Shown here in pieces: positions 7,672 through 15,729 of a DNA stretch of 24,662 nucleotides. The DNA lies in assembly GCF_000091665.1 (NCBI RefSeq), contig NC_000909.1, positions 706,049 to 730,710 on the forward strand. The letters run 5' to 3'. Origin of the DNA: Methanocaldococcus jannaschii DSM 2661 (GTDB taxonomy: Archaea; AGJL01; Methanococci; Methanococcales; Methanocaldococcaceae). The notes under the pieces are model-generated. The model was given only the letters and a program-made list of their open reading frames with translations. It searched no databases and had not been told where the DNA came from. Each line of letters begins with the position of its first letter. Positions within the stretch are counted from its first letter, which is position 1. The position numbers and the translations under genes are program-made.

Positions 7672-9126
7672 TTAAATTTCATAGGATAAAAGTATCTCCT
7701 TAACTTTATTTATCTTCTGCAATTTCTCATCAACCTCTTTTTCATATCTGTCTAATCTCTCCCTAAATACCTTTATCCTTTTTTCAACTTCTTCTGGAGC
7801 AGGGCCCCCTATAACATCTCTCATCTTAACATTCTCATAAGGGTCTAATGCCTTTTTTATCTTCTCCTCATCAACTTTCAAATTGTATTTTTCTAAAACT
7901 TCATAGATAACTTCAATCATATCCTTTTTTTCTTCTATACTTCTTCTAACAACTTCTCCAACAATGCCATGTGCTGTTCTAAATGGAATTCCTGTCTCTC
8001 TAACCAAAGTATCTGCCAATTCTGTTGCAGTTGAGTAGTTTGCTTTAGCTAATTCTTCCATTCTCTCTTTATTAATTTTTATTGTTTTTAGCATTCCATG
8101 AACCATTTTTATTGTGTCTATTGTTGTATAAACGCTATCCCATAAATGTGGGCTTATTTCCTGTAAATCTCTATTATAAGTATTTGGTAGAGCTTTTAAT
8201 ATTGTTAATGCAGTAACCAAATTTCCATTTAATTTGGATAGCTTAGCTCTCGCTATCTCCGCCACATCAGGGTTTTTCTTTTGAGGCATTATTGAAGATG
8301 TTGAGCAGAACTCATTAGCAATCTCAATAGTTCCAAATTCATAGGTTGAGAATAAAATCAATTCTTCACAGATTTTTGATAAGTTTGTTCCTAATATTGC
8401 TAAGTCAGCCATTGTCTCTAATATAAAGTCCCTTGCTGAAACACCATCCATTGAATTCTCTATCAAAGCATCAAAGCCCAATAATTCTTTAGTTCTCTCC
8501 CTGTTTATCTTAAATCCAGTTGTTGCCATTGCTCCACAACCTAATGGAGAAATATTTATTCTTTTGTAAGCATCTAACAATCTTAAAATATCTCTTTCAA
8601 TTGCTGAAACGTAGCTAAGCAAATGATGAGCAAAAGTTACTGGCTGAGCATGCTGTAAATGTGTATATCCAACGATTAATGTCTCTTTATGTTTCTCAGC
8701 TAATTCTAAAATATCTTTTAACATCTTAATTAAAGATTTAGCTATTATTAAGACCTTCTCTCTTAATGCAATTCTTAAATCTGTTGCTACTTCATCATTT
8801 CTACTTCTTCCAGTGTGCATTCTTCCTGCTACATCTTCACCAAGTTTTTTAATTAGCTCACTTTCAATGACCATGTGTATATCATCCAAGGAAGGGTCTA
8901 AGTTGAGATTTTCCATTCCTTTTTTATAAATCTCTTTTAACCCTTCAATAATCTTTTTTGCGTCTTCCTTTTTTATTATACCTTGTTCATAGAGCATTAT
9001 TACGTGAGCTATGTCGCATAAGATATCCGCTTCAAAAATCTCCTTATCAAAGCTTAAGCTTGTTGTGTATTTTGCTACATCTTCTTTTATTGAATTTCCT
9101 AATCTTCCTCTCCTTAAGATGTTCAT
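7672..9126 (-). CDS. argH: Argininosuccinate lyase
   Basis: 484 aa. Fumarate-lyase superfamily signature SSIMPQKKNPD and the GRSRND and TGYTHLQHAQP motifs are present. GGTGA SD 5-6 nt upstream of the ATG on the minus strand. Confidence 0.95.
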   Translation of the reverse strand: MNILRRGRLGNSIKEDVAKYTTSLSFDKEIFEADILCDIAHVIMLYEQGIIKKEDAKKIIEGLKEIYKKGMENLNLDPSLDDIHMVIESELIKKLGEDVAGRMHTGRSRNDEVATDLRIALREKVLIIAKSLIKMLKDILELAEKHKETLIVGYTHLQHAQPVTFAHHLLSYVSAIERDILRLLDAYKRINISPLGCGAMATTGFKINRERTKELLGFDALIENSMDGVSARDFILETMADLAILGTNLSKICEELILFSTYEFGTIEIANEFCSTSSIMPQKKNPDVAEIARAKLSKLNGNLVTALTILKALPNTYNRDLQEISPHLWDSVYTTIDTIKMVHGMLKTIKINKERMEELAKANYSTATELADTLVRETGIPFRTAHGIVGEVVRRSIEEKKDMIEVIYEVLEKYNLKVDEEKIKKALDPYENVKMRDVIGGPAPEEVEKRIKVFRERLDRYEKEVDEKLQKINKVKEILLSYEI

Positions 9127-9395
9127 TATTTCACCAATGCATTTTAATCGTGTTTAAATAATATTGATTATGTTATATTTCATTTTTTGATATAAAATTA
9201 TAAAATAGTTAAAAATAATTTACTTTTTTAAAGTTATAATTGTTTTATTATTAAAAATTCTAATAAGTTAAAAATTTTAACATATATAATTTACTATTTA
9301 ACTTTAAATCATAATATATATAGAGGTTTTGTATTATTACATTTGTGAAAAATGTGGAAAATAATAGGGGCACCATACAAAAAATTAAAGAATAG

Positions 9396-9430
9396 TTGGC
9401 GATGACGCTCCCTATATGGAGCTGAGCCAG
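9396..9430 (+). promoter_or_regulatory. Kink-turn (box C/D-like) hairpin in the leader of the 9462 gene. Alternatively a stand-alone small RNA
   Basis: C-stem TTGGC (9396-9400) pairs with GCCAG (9426-9430). Next comes a 3-nt bulge GAU (9401-9403). Tandem G04/A25 and A05/G24 pairs follow, then C06/U23. The second stem is GCTCC (9407-9411) with GGAGC (9418-9422), closed by hexaloop CTATAT. The strands read GCGAUGA (box C-like) and CUGA (box D). Confidence 0.5.
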
Positions 9431-9441
9431 TGCCTACACAA

Positions 9442-9457
9442 CCACCTTAAGAGGTGG
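9442..9457 (+). promoter_or_regulatory. Hairpin CCACCT-TAAG-AGGTGG that sequesters the Shine-Dalgarno sequence of the 9462 gene
   Basis: Perfect 6-bp stem. The 3' arm AGGTGG is the SD, and its last base is 4 nt from ATG 9462. Confidence 0.45.
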
Positions 9458-9461
9458 CAAT

Positions 9462-9731
9462 ATGAAATTTTTAGAGAAGGGAGTATATAAGATTTTTGGG
9501 GCAGTGATTTTAGTAAGTATGATAGGGGCTTTAGTGGCTGAGCCAATAGCTTTGGGAGATGCTGGATTGTATTATCAATACTATGTAGGAGATATTGATA
9601 CAGCTCAGCAGTGTTATCTTGTAGCTGCGGATTCAGCTATTACTGGAGCGGCTATTTCTGCTGCATTAGGTCCTGCAGGATTGGCTTCTGGAGTATTTAC
9701 TGTTGTGTTTAGTACTACGGTATTAGCTTAA
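9462..9731 (+). CDS. Small (89 aa) secreted or membrane-anchored Gly/Ala-rich hydrophobic protein
   Basis: Strong SD GAGGTGG. Sec-like N-terminus (MKFLEKGVYK, then IFGAVILVSMIGALVA, then EP). The C-terminal half is Gly/Ala/Ser-rich and hydrophobic (AITGAAISAALGPAGLASGVFTVVFSTTVLA). Followed by T-rich tracts (9737-9750). Confidence 0.55.
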   Translation: MKFLEKGVYKIFGAVILVSMIGALVAEPIALGDAGLYYQYYVGDIDTAQQCYLVAADSAITGAAISAALGPAGLASGVFTVVFSTTVLA

Positions 9732-9799
9732 AAATGTTTTTCTTTTTTAATTTTAATAATTTTTTGATATTTTTTAGGTGATATAATGGGTGATAATAC

Positions 9800-10288
9800 A
9801 TGAACTTTGAAAAGAAATTAAATGGTATATTGTCTTTCACTTATTTAGCGTTGGTCTTATGTTTGGTTATGCCTTTCATGCTTATACTTGTACTTGATAC
9901 TACATTTACATTTAATAAATTTAATTTGAATTTTGTATATCGCCAGATAGTAGAATTGATTGTTTTATCTATATTTGCTGGGTTTATTACATCATTTGCT
10001 CTTTATAATAAAATATGTAGGATATCTACTGAAGAATTAAAAAGAGATATATTAGAGAATAATGGATTAAAAACTATATTTAAAATTGCACAATACGAAG
10101 TGATGGTTTCGATATTCTATTCGTTATTATTACTGATTATATTATTAAATAAGCAATTATTATATTATGGTTTTACTGCTATATTTCAGATTTTCTTTAC
10201 ATTCTGTGCAATTTTTGTACCTTTATTTATCTTTGGTTCATTAGTATGTAGGACAATATTATTACATAAAATAAGAGGTACTACTTAG
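9800..10288 (+). CDS. Polytopic membrane protein, function unknown
   Basis: 162 aa with about 4 hydrophobic helices. GGTGAT SD at 9789-9794. Confidence 0.5.
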   Translation: MNFEKKLNGILSFTYLALVLCLVMPFMLILVLDTTFTFNKFNLNFVYRQIVELIVLSIFAGFITSFALYNKICRISTEELKRDILENNGLKTIFKIAQYEVMVSIFYSLLLLIILLNKQLLYYGFTAIFQIFFTFCAIFVPLFIFGSLVCRTILLHKIRGTT

Positions 10289-10348
10289 AACACTATACTA
10301 TACAATAATGATGATAAAATAAATAATAACTTTAACAATTGTGAAACC

Positions 10349-10885
10349 ATGAAAATACCAATAATCTTAACTCTAATGCTCTTCTCATTGGGTTTTATTT
10401 TTGGATTTATCTCAATAAACAACTTATCAAAAATTAACGATAAGGATTTATCCAACTATATACCCAATATACAGTTTAACTTTCCTTCAATATTAACAAA
10501 CAACTTAAAAGTTATCTTCCTAATGTTGGCTGGTTCTATAACTTTTGGATTATCTACTTTTATAAATCTAATATTCAACGGTTTTAATGTTGGTGTCTTA
10601 ATTGGTTCTATTTCCCTAACTAACGAACCGTTAAAATTAATAACCGCTTTAATTCTTCCACACGGAATATTCGAAATCTCAGCAATGTTAATATCAGCAG
10701 TAGCAGGTTTTAAAATTCCTTACAAAGTAACTCTCTACTTATTAGATAAAAAAGAAAAACCACTTACAGAAGAAGATATTAAGGACTTTTTAAAATTATC
10801 TCTAATTTCAATAATTCTAATCGTTATAGCCGCTTTTATTGAAGTTTATATCACTCCAAAGATAGCCACTTATCTACTAACGTAA
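10349..10885 (+). CDS. SpoIIM/DUF95-family membrane protein
   Basis: LPHGIFEISAMLISAVAGFKI matches the conserved PHGxxExxA motif of the stage II sporulation protein M-like (DUF95, COG1300) family. About 4-5 TM helices. Confidence 0.65.
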   Translation: MKIPIILTLMLFSLGFIFGFISINNLSKINDKDLSNYIPNIQFNFPSILTNNLKVIFLMLAGSITFGLSTFINLIFNGFNVGVLIGSISLTNEPLKLITALILPHGIFEISAMLISAVAGFKIPYKVTLYLLDKKEKPLTEEDIKDFLKLSLISIILIVIAAFIEVYITPKIATYLLT

Positions 10886-10942
10886 GATTTAAATAGTTGA
10901 AGTAACAAATACAATCATTGAAAAATCTAATAGGTGATACTA

Positions 10943-11359
10943 ATGAATTTAATAGAAGCTTTAACAAATCCAGACACTTTCTTCAAAAAACTCTCTCAAA
11001 AAGAAATCTCTCTAAAAGAACCATTTTTAATTGTTTTAATCTTTTCCATATTGATAGCAATTTCTGCCTACATATCAACTTCAATTATATACAAAATCTT
11101 TCCTCCACAGTATCAGCAAGTATTGGCATTTACCAAGATTATTGCGTTAATATCCACATTTATTGGTGGAATTGTTGCATGGTTAATTATAGCTGGATTT
11201 ATGCATCTCATTTCAATGATATTCAAAGGAGAAGGAAGCTTTAAGAAAACATTATCCTTTACTGGCTATGGATTCCTTCCAAATATAGTTGGAGCTTTAA
11301 TAACAATACCTATTGCCTATTATATGCGAGAAATCTCACAACAAGAAATGCGTTTATAA
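10943..11359 (+). CDS. Yip1-domain membrane protein, apparently frameshifted near its 3' end (C-terminal helix continues in another frame to 11424)
   Basis: The N-terminal LIEALTNPDTFFKKL followed by multiple TM helices is typical of Yip1/DUF1282 proteins. ATG 10943 is preceded by GGTGAT (10933-10938); the ORF track begins at GTG 10934. The frame starting at 11359 encodes TALIPTVIFGLYQLYSVLKLL* (to 11424), a plausible missing last helix. Confidence 0.55.
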   Translation: MNLIEALTNPDTFFKKLSQKEISLKEPFLIVLIFSILIAISAYISTSIIYKIFPPQYQQVLAFTKIIALISTFIGGIVAWLIIAGFMHLISMIFKGEGSFKKTLSFTGYGFLPNIVGALITIPIAYYMREISQQEMRL

Positions 11360-11438
11360 CTGCACTAATTCCAACAGTTATATTTGGTTTGTATCAACTA
11401 TACAGTGTATTAAAGTTACTATAAAATGAGGGAAAAAG

Positions 11439-12953
11439 ATGAAGAGATTAAAAAACTTATTTATCATCTTTATCTTCCTATTTCTTTTATCTCAGGTTTC
11501 TGCCTATATAACCTTCAAAAATATTGATTATAACGCTCAATACTTGGAGCCATCTAAAACCTATGATTTATATATAACAATAGAATCAGACAAAGAAATC
11601 AATAATACAGTTGTATATATAGAACCAACAAATCAAATATCCAAAGAAAACATAGAGATTATTAGAGGAAAGCAATGGATTGGACATCTTTTTCCTTATG
11701 AGTATGGTGTAGCTCACTTAATAATAAAAATAAATCCTAATGCACCAAATTATGATTATAAGATAACAGGTTATTGCAACTATACAAAAGGTAATCAGCA
11801 ATATTCTGAAAATAGAATTTTTACCCTTCCAGTGAGAGGAAAGGCAAACTTAGTTATAGAAACCACTAATAATATACTAAAAGTTGGTAATAATCAAATT
11901 CTCTTACTATTGACAAATAAAGGAACAGGAACTGCTGAAAATATAAAAATAGAATTTCAAAACTCGAATAATTTAATGGTTTTAGGAGATAATACTTTCA
12001 CAATATCTGCCTTGGGTTCAAAGACATCTACATACATTCCACTAACTATCTTTGCCAAAAAAGAAGGAGTTTATTCTATAAATTACAAAATATCTTACAA
12101 GAACCCTTATAATTTGTTGGAATTAACCCAAAAATCAGAGACAATAGAAGGGGACTCAAAAACAGAGACCTTAACGTATCAAAATAAAAACATAGTTGAA
12201 GAAACTGGAATTTTAACCTTCAATGTATTCCCAAATGAGTTAATTTCAATAAATATAAAAAACCCAACTATTACAGTTGGAAAGATAGAAAATCTAACAA
12301 TTTCAATAAAAAATAATTATAAAGATTCTTTATTTGTTGTTCAAATAAGTAAATACTTTATTGGAAATAACCAAAAATCTATATTCATCAAAAAAGGAGA
12401 GACAAAAAATCTAACTTTCCAAATAAAAGTAGATAAAGAGGGAGTTACTTCAATTCCTATAGTTATATATTTCGATAACAATCAGATTGAGAAAAATCTA
12501 ACAATAAATGTTGTAGGAAAGGCAGATTTGGTTTTAAGTGGGATTGATATAGAAAGTTCATTTAACGAAATAAAGATAACTGGAGATATTGACAACATTG
12601 GAACTGGAAAGGCAAAGAGCGTCTTAATCTCAATAGAAAAAACAAAAAACATCATTCCAAAAAAGCCGTATGAAAACTACTTCGTTGGAACATTAAATCC
12701 AGATGATTATGGTAGTTTTGAACTGCACTGCCAAATTAATGGAAATGTAAATGAAATTCCACTTAAAATAAGCTATAGAGATGAAGATAACAACCTAATA
12801 ACCATATATAAAACAGTAAAAATCAGTAAAGAAGTGGTTTCCTTAAAGACTAATAATAATGGAGGAATTAATTATTTAGTTGTTGGAATAGCTATATTGT
12901 TCTGTGTTGGAGTAGTTTATTTAATTTATAGGGGATTCGTAAAGAAAAAGTGA
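11439..12953 (+). CDS. Surface-anchored protein with repeated CARDB/S-layer-like beta-sandwich domains (COG1361-like)
   Basis: Signal peptide MKRLKNLFIIFIFLFLLSQVSA. Recurrent N-x-G-x-G-x-A motifs (LTNKGTGTAENIKIEF, DNIGTGKAKSVLISI). C-terminal TM helix LVVGIAILFCVGVVYLIY with a basic tail RGFVKKK. GAGGGA SD. Confidence 0.7.
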   Translation: MKRLKNLFIIFIFLFLLSQVSAYITFKNIDYNAQYLEPSKTYDLYITIESDKEINNTVVYIEPTNQISKENIEIIRGKQWIGHLFPYEYGVAHLIIKINPNAPNYDYKITGYCNYTKGNQQYSENRIFTLPVRGKANLVIETTNNILKVGNNQILLLLTNKGTGTAENIKIEFQNSNNLMVLGDNTFTISALGSKTSTYIPLTIFAKKEGVYSINYKISYKNPYNLLELTQKSETIEGDSKTETLTYQNKNIVEETGILTFNVFPNELISINIKNPTITVGKIENLTISIKNNYKDSLFVVQISKYFIGNNQKSIFIKKGETKNLTFQIKVDKEGVTSIPIVIYFDNNQIEKNLTINVVGKADLVLSGIDIESSFNEIKITGDIDNIGTGKAKSVLISIEKTKNIIPKKPYENYFVGTLNPDDYGSFELHCQINGNVNEIPLKISYRDEDNNLITIYKTVKISKEVVSLKTNNNGGINYLVVGIAILFCVGVVYLIYRGFVKKK

Positions 12954-12957
12954 TATT

Positions 12958-13470
12958 ATGAAAGGAATAAATCCATTTTATTTTTATATTGGAATGGCTT
13001 TAATACTCGCGTCAATCGTATCCATACTTTTAATTACTAAATCAATACTGCTATTTATACTGCTGGCTTTTGGAAGTTTAGTAGGAATTACTTTAATTTT
13101 AATCTATATCTCAAGAAAAATATTAAAGATAGATAAAGGACGGCTTAAAAAAGAAGTTAAGAGAATATTTGGAAATAGAGTTTATAAAATTTTAAGATTA
13201 ATGTTAGTTTTAGGATATGCTGGATTTATATACTTCTCTGGGACTTTTTATAACAGTGCAGTTTTATTTTTTATATTTATAGTGGCATTTACAATTTCTG
13301 AGTTTTATAAAACCTATAGGATAAGAATCTACGAAAAAGGGATATTGATTGAGGGTATTGCATTTTATAGCTGGGAAGAGATTGAAAAAACAACTAATAA
13401 GGACAAAAATCAAACAATATTAAAAATTAAAGGCATTCCTAAGAAAATAGTAATTAACGAAATAATTTAA
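12958..13470 (+). CDS. Membrane protein with a C-terminal PH-like domain, paralog 2 of 3
   Basis: Four hydrophobic helices. The C-terminus IYEKGILIEGIAFYSWEEIEKTTNKDKNQTILKIKG aligns with the C-termini of the ORFs at 3382 and 20935. Confidence 0.6.
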   Translation: MKGINPFYFYIGMALILASIVSILLITKSILLFILLAFGSLVGITLILIYISRKILKIDKGRLKKEVKRIFGNRVYKILRLMLVLGYAGFIYFSGTFYNSAVLFFIFIVAFTISEFYKTYRIRIYEKGILIEGIAFYSWEEIEKTTNKDKNQTILKIKGIPKKIVINEII

Positions 13471-13489
13471 AAATTCTTAGGGGGAATTT

Positions 13490-14197
13490 ATGATTAAACT
13501 CAAAAATGTAACAAAAACATACAAAATGGGAGAAGAAATTATTTATGCTCTAAAAAATGTAAATCTGAATATAAAAGAGGGAGAGTTTGTTTCGATTATG
13601 GGTCCTTCTGGCAGTGGAAAATCAACAATGTTAAATATTATTGGCTGTTTAGACAAACCAACAGAGGGAGAGGTTTATATTGATAATATAAAGACCAATG
13701 ACTTAGATGATGATGAATTAACAAAAATTAGAAGAGATAAAATTGGTTTTGTCTTTCAGCAATTCAACTTAATTCCTTTATTAACTGCCTTAGAAAATGT
13801 TGAACTTCCACTGATTTTTAAATATAGGGGAGCAATGAGCGGAGAAGAGAGGAGGAAGAGAGCTTTAGAATGCTTAAAGATGGCAGAGTTGGAGGAGAGA
13901 TTTGCCAATCACAAACCAAATCAGTTGAGTGGAGGGCAACAACAGAGAGTTGCTATAGCGAGGGCTTTGGCAAACAACCCACCAATTATATTGGCGGATG
14001 AGCCAACTGGAGCATTAGATAGCAAAACAGGAGAAAAGATAATGCAATTATTAAAAAAATTAAATGAAGAGGATGGAAAAACCGTTGTTGTTGTTACCCA
14101 TGATATAAATGTTGCGAGATTTGGAGAGAGAATAATTTATTTAAAAGATGGAGAGGTTGAGAGGGAAGAAAAATTGAGGGGATTTGATGATAGATAA
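13490..14197 (+). CDS. ABC transporter ATP-binding protein, LolD/MacB type (recognised as MJ0796)
   Basis: Walker A GPSGSGKST, Q-loop, signature LSGGQQQRVAIARAL, Walker B ILADEPTGALD and H-loop VTHD are all present. The full sequence is recalled as the crystallised MJ0796 ATPase. Confidence 0.95.
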   Translation: MIKLKNVTKTYKMGEEIIYALKNVNLNIKEGEFVSIMGPSGSGKSTMLNIIGCLDKPTEGEVYIDNIKTNDLDDDELTKIRRDKIGFVFQQFNLIPLLTALENVELPLIFKYRGAMSGEERRKRALECLKMAELEERFANHKPNQLSGGQQQRVAIARALANNPPIILADEPTGALDSKTGEKIMQLLKKLNEEDGKTVVVVTHDINVARFGERIIYLKDGEVEREEKLRGFDDR

Positions 14198-14597
14198 CAT
14201 CTCAAACTTCGATAAAGTTAGAGCAGTTGTAGTAGCGATATTGTTGTATATTTTTATAATTTTGGTTGTAGATGGAAGCATTTCTTCTTTAATTGGAAAA
14301 TATATAACTTATCCGAGTGATGAATATCATATTATAGAGTTTTATGATTTTATCCATATTATTGGTTTTCTCTTATCTTTATCAATTTCGACATATTTTT
14401 CGTCAAAAGATATTATTAAGGATTTTGCAAAATTTTTCACTATATTCTTTGGAATTACCTTTATTTTAGGAATCACGTTATTTTTGGGCTTAACATTTTT
14501 TGAAAATCACATCCCAAGCATGAGAGGTTATACGACATTAATGTTATTCTTCTTTCTTTTAAATCTTTTTAAGAAGTTGGATAAAATAACAAATTAA
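14187..14597 (+). CDS. Small 4-TM membrane protein wedged between the ABC ATPase and its permease
   Basis: ATG 14187 overlaps the 3' end of the ATPase gene by 11 nt, with a GAGGGG SD at 14176-14181. Hydrophobic throughout. I recognise no family. Confidence 0.5.
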   Translation: MIDNISNFDKVRAVVVAILLYIFIILVVDGSISSLIGKYITYPSDEYHIIEFYDFIHIIGFLLSLSISTYFSSKDIIKDFAKFFTIFFGITFILGITLFLGLTFFENHIPSMRGYTTLMLFFFLLNLFKKLDKITN

Positions 14598-14609
14598 ATA
14601 AGTGAGAGT

Positions 14610-15713
14610 ATGTATTTTGAATTAGCAAAGAGAAATTTAAAAAGAAATTTGTTAAGAAGTATTTTAGCTTTATTGGGGATTATAATAGGGGTTGCGGCAA
14701 TATCTTCTTTGGGAATATTAGGAGGAGGATTAAAACAAGGAATTATGGAAAATTTGGGGAGCATATCTAACTATATAATTGTTTTTCCAAATTATCAAAA
14801 TGGTTATACTTCTTTTGATAAAAGAGATATTGAAAAACTGAGAGTTTTAAATTGCAAAGTTATTCCAGTTTATGCTACTTCTGATTTTGTTTATATAAAA
14901 GGAAAGAATAGAAAAGCATACGCAAACATCTTCGGCATTGATAAAAATGACATAAAATACTTAAATTTGAAAGTGAAGGTTTCTGACACTTCTGTTGCTG
15001 TTGATACGTTCTTTTCTAATGTTAATGATGTTAATGTTGGAAATCAATTGGAGATTAAAAATATCTCATTGAGGATATGTGGGATTTATAACAGCACATT
15101 TTTATTCCCAGATAATTCTTTAATTTTAACGGCAAAAACATACAGAAGGTTTTATGGAGAAAATAATTACAATTATTCAAGAATAATCCTCTATGTTAAA
15201 AATATAAATGATATTGATAAAATAAAAAATGAAACAGATAAAATTTTAAACAGAAAAGAGAAAAAATGCATAATAATATCTTTAAACTCTATATTGGAGG
15301 CGATTAACGGAGTTATAACTAAGGTTTCTTACTTTTTAATGGGTATTGGAGCTATTTCATTGTTAGTTGCTGGTATTGGAATTGGAAATGTTATGTTGAT
15401 GAGTGTTGTTGAAAGAACAACGGAAATTGGAGTTATGAGAAGCATTGGAGCATCAAAAAAGGACATTATAATTTTATTCCTTTATGAAGCGTTGATATTG
15501 GGAGTTATTGGCTCTTTAATTGGGGCATTTTTGAGTTTATTCTTTGGGTATTTGATTGTTCATTATCTGTTAAAAACTTCACTGTCTTATTATGCAATCT
15601 TCTATATGATAATTGGCATAATATTTGGAATTTTAACATCTCTGATTTCAGCATTATATCCAGCATATAAAGCATCAAAATTAGACCCAATAAAGTCATT
15701 GAGAAATGAATAA
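14610..15713 (+). CDS. FtsX/MacB-type ABC transporter permease
   Basis: N-terminal TM helix, an extracytoplasmic domain of about 200 aa, then a C-terminal 3-TM FtsX domain with GIGNVMLMSVVERTTEIGVMRSIGASKKDI and the terminal YPAYKASKLDPIKSLR motif. Confidence 0.9.
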   Translation: MYFELAKRNLKRNLLRSILALLGIIIGVAAISSLGILGGGLKQGIMENLGSISNYIIVFPNYQNGYTSFDKRDIEKLRVLNCKVIPVYATSDFVYIKGKNRKAYANIFGIDKNDIKYLNLKVKVSDTSVAVDTFFSNVNDVNVGNQLEIKNISLRICGIYNSTFLFPDNSLILTAKTYRRFYGENNYNYSRIILYVKNINDIDKIKNETDKILNRKEKKCIIISLNSILEAINGVITKVSYFLMGIGAISLLVAGIGIGNVMLMSVVERTTEIGVMRSIGASKKDIIILFLYEALILGVIGSLIGAFLSLFFGYLIVHYLLKTSLSYYAIFYMIIGIIFGILTSLISALYPAYKASKLDPIKSLRNE

Positions 15714-15729
15714 TAAATAATAATAAATT

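Noticed and set aside
8958-9161. 67-aa plus-strand ORF at the argH 5' end
   Set aside because: It is antisense to argH and runs into the argH promoter region. There is no SD and the sequence is Leu-rich low complexity.
10918-11244. 108-aa plus-strand ORF overlapping the Yip1-like gene in another frame
   Set aside because: It uses an alternative frame of a gene with clear TM-helix periodicity. Its translation (Asn/Ser/Cys/His-rich) is not membrane-like and it lacks an SD.
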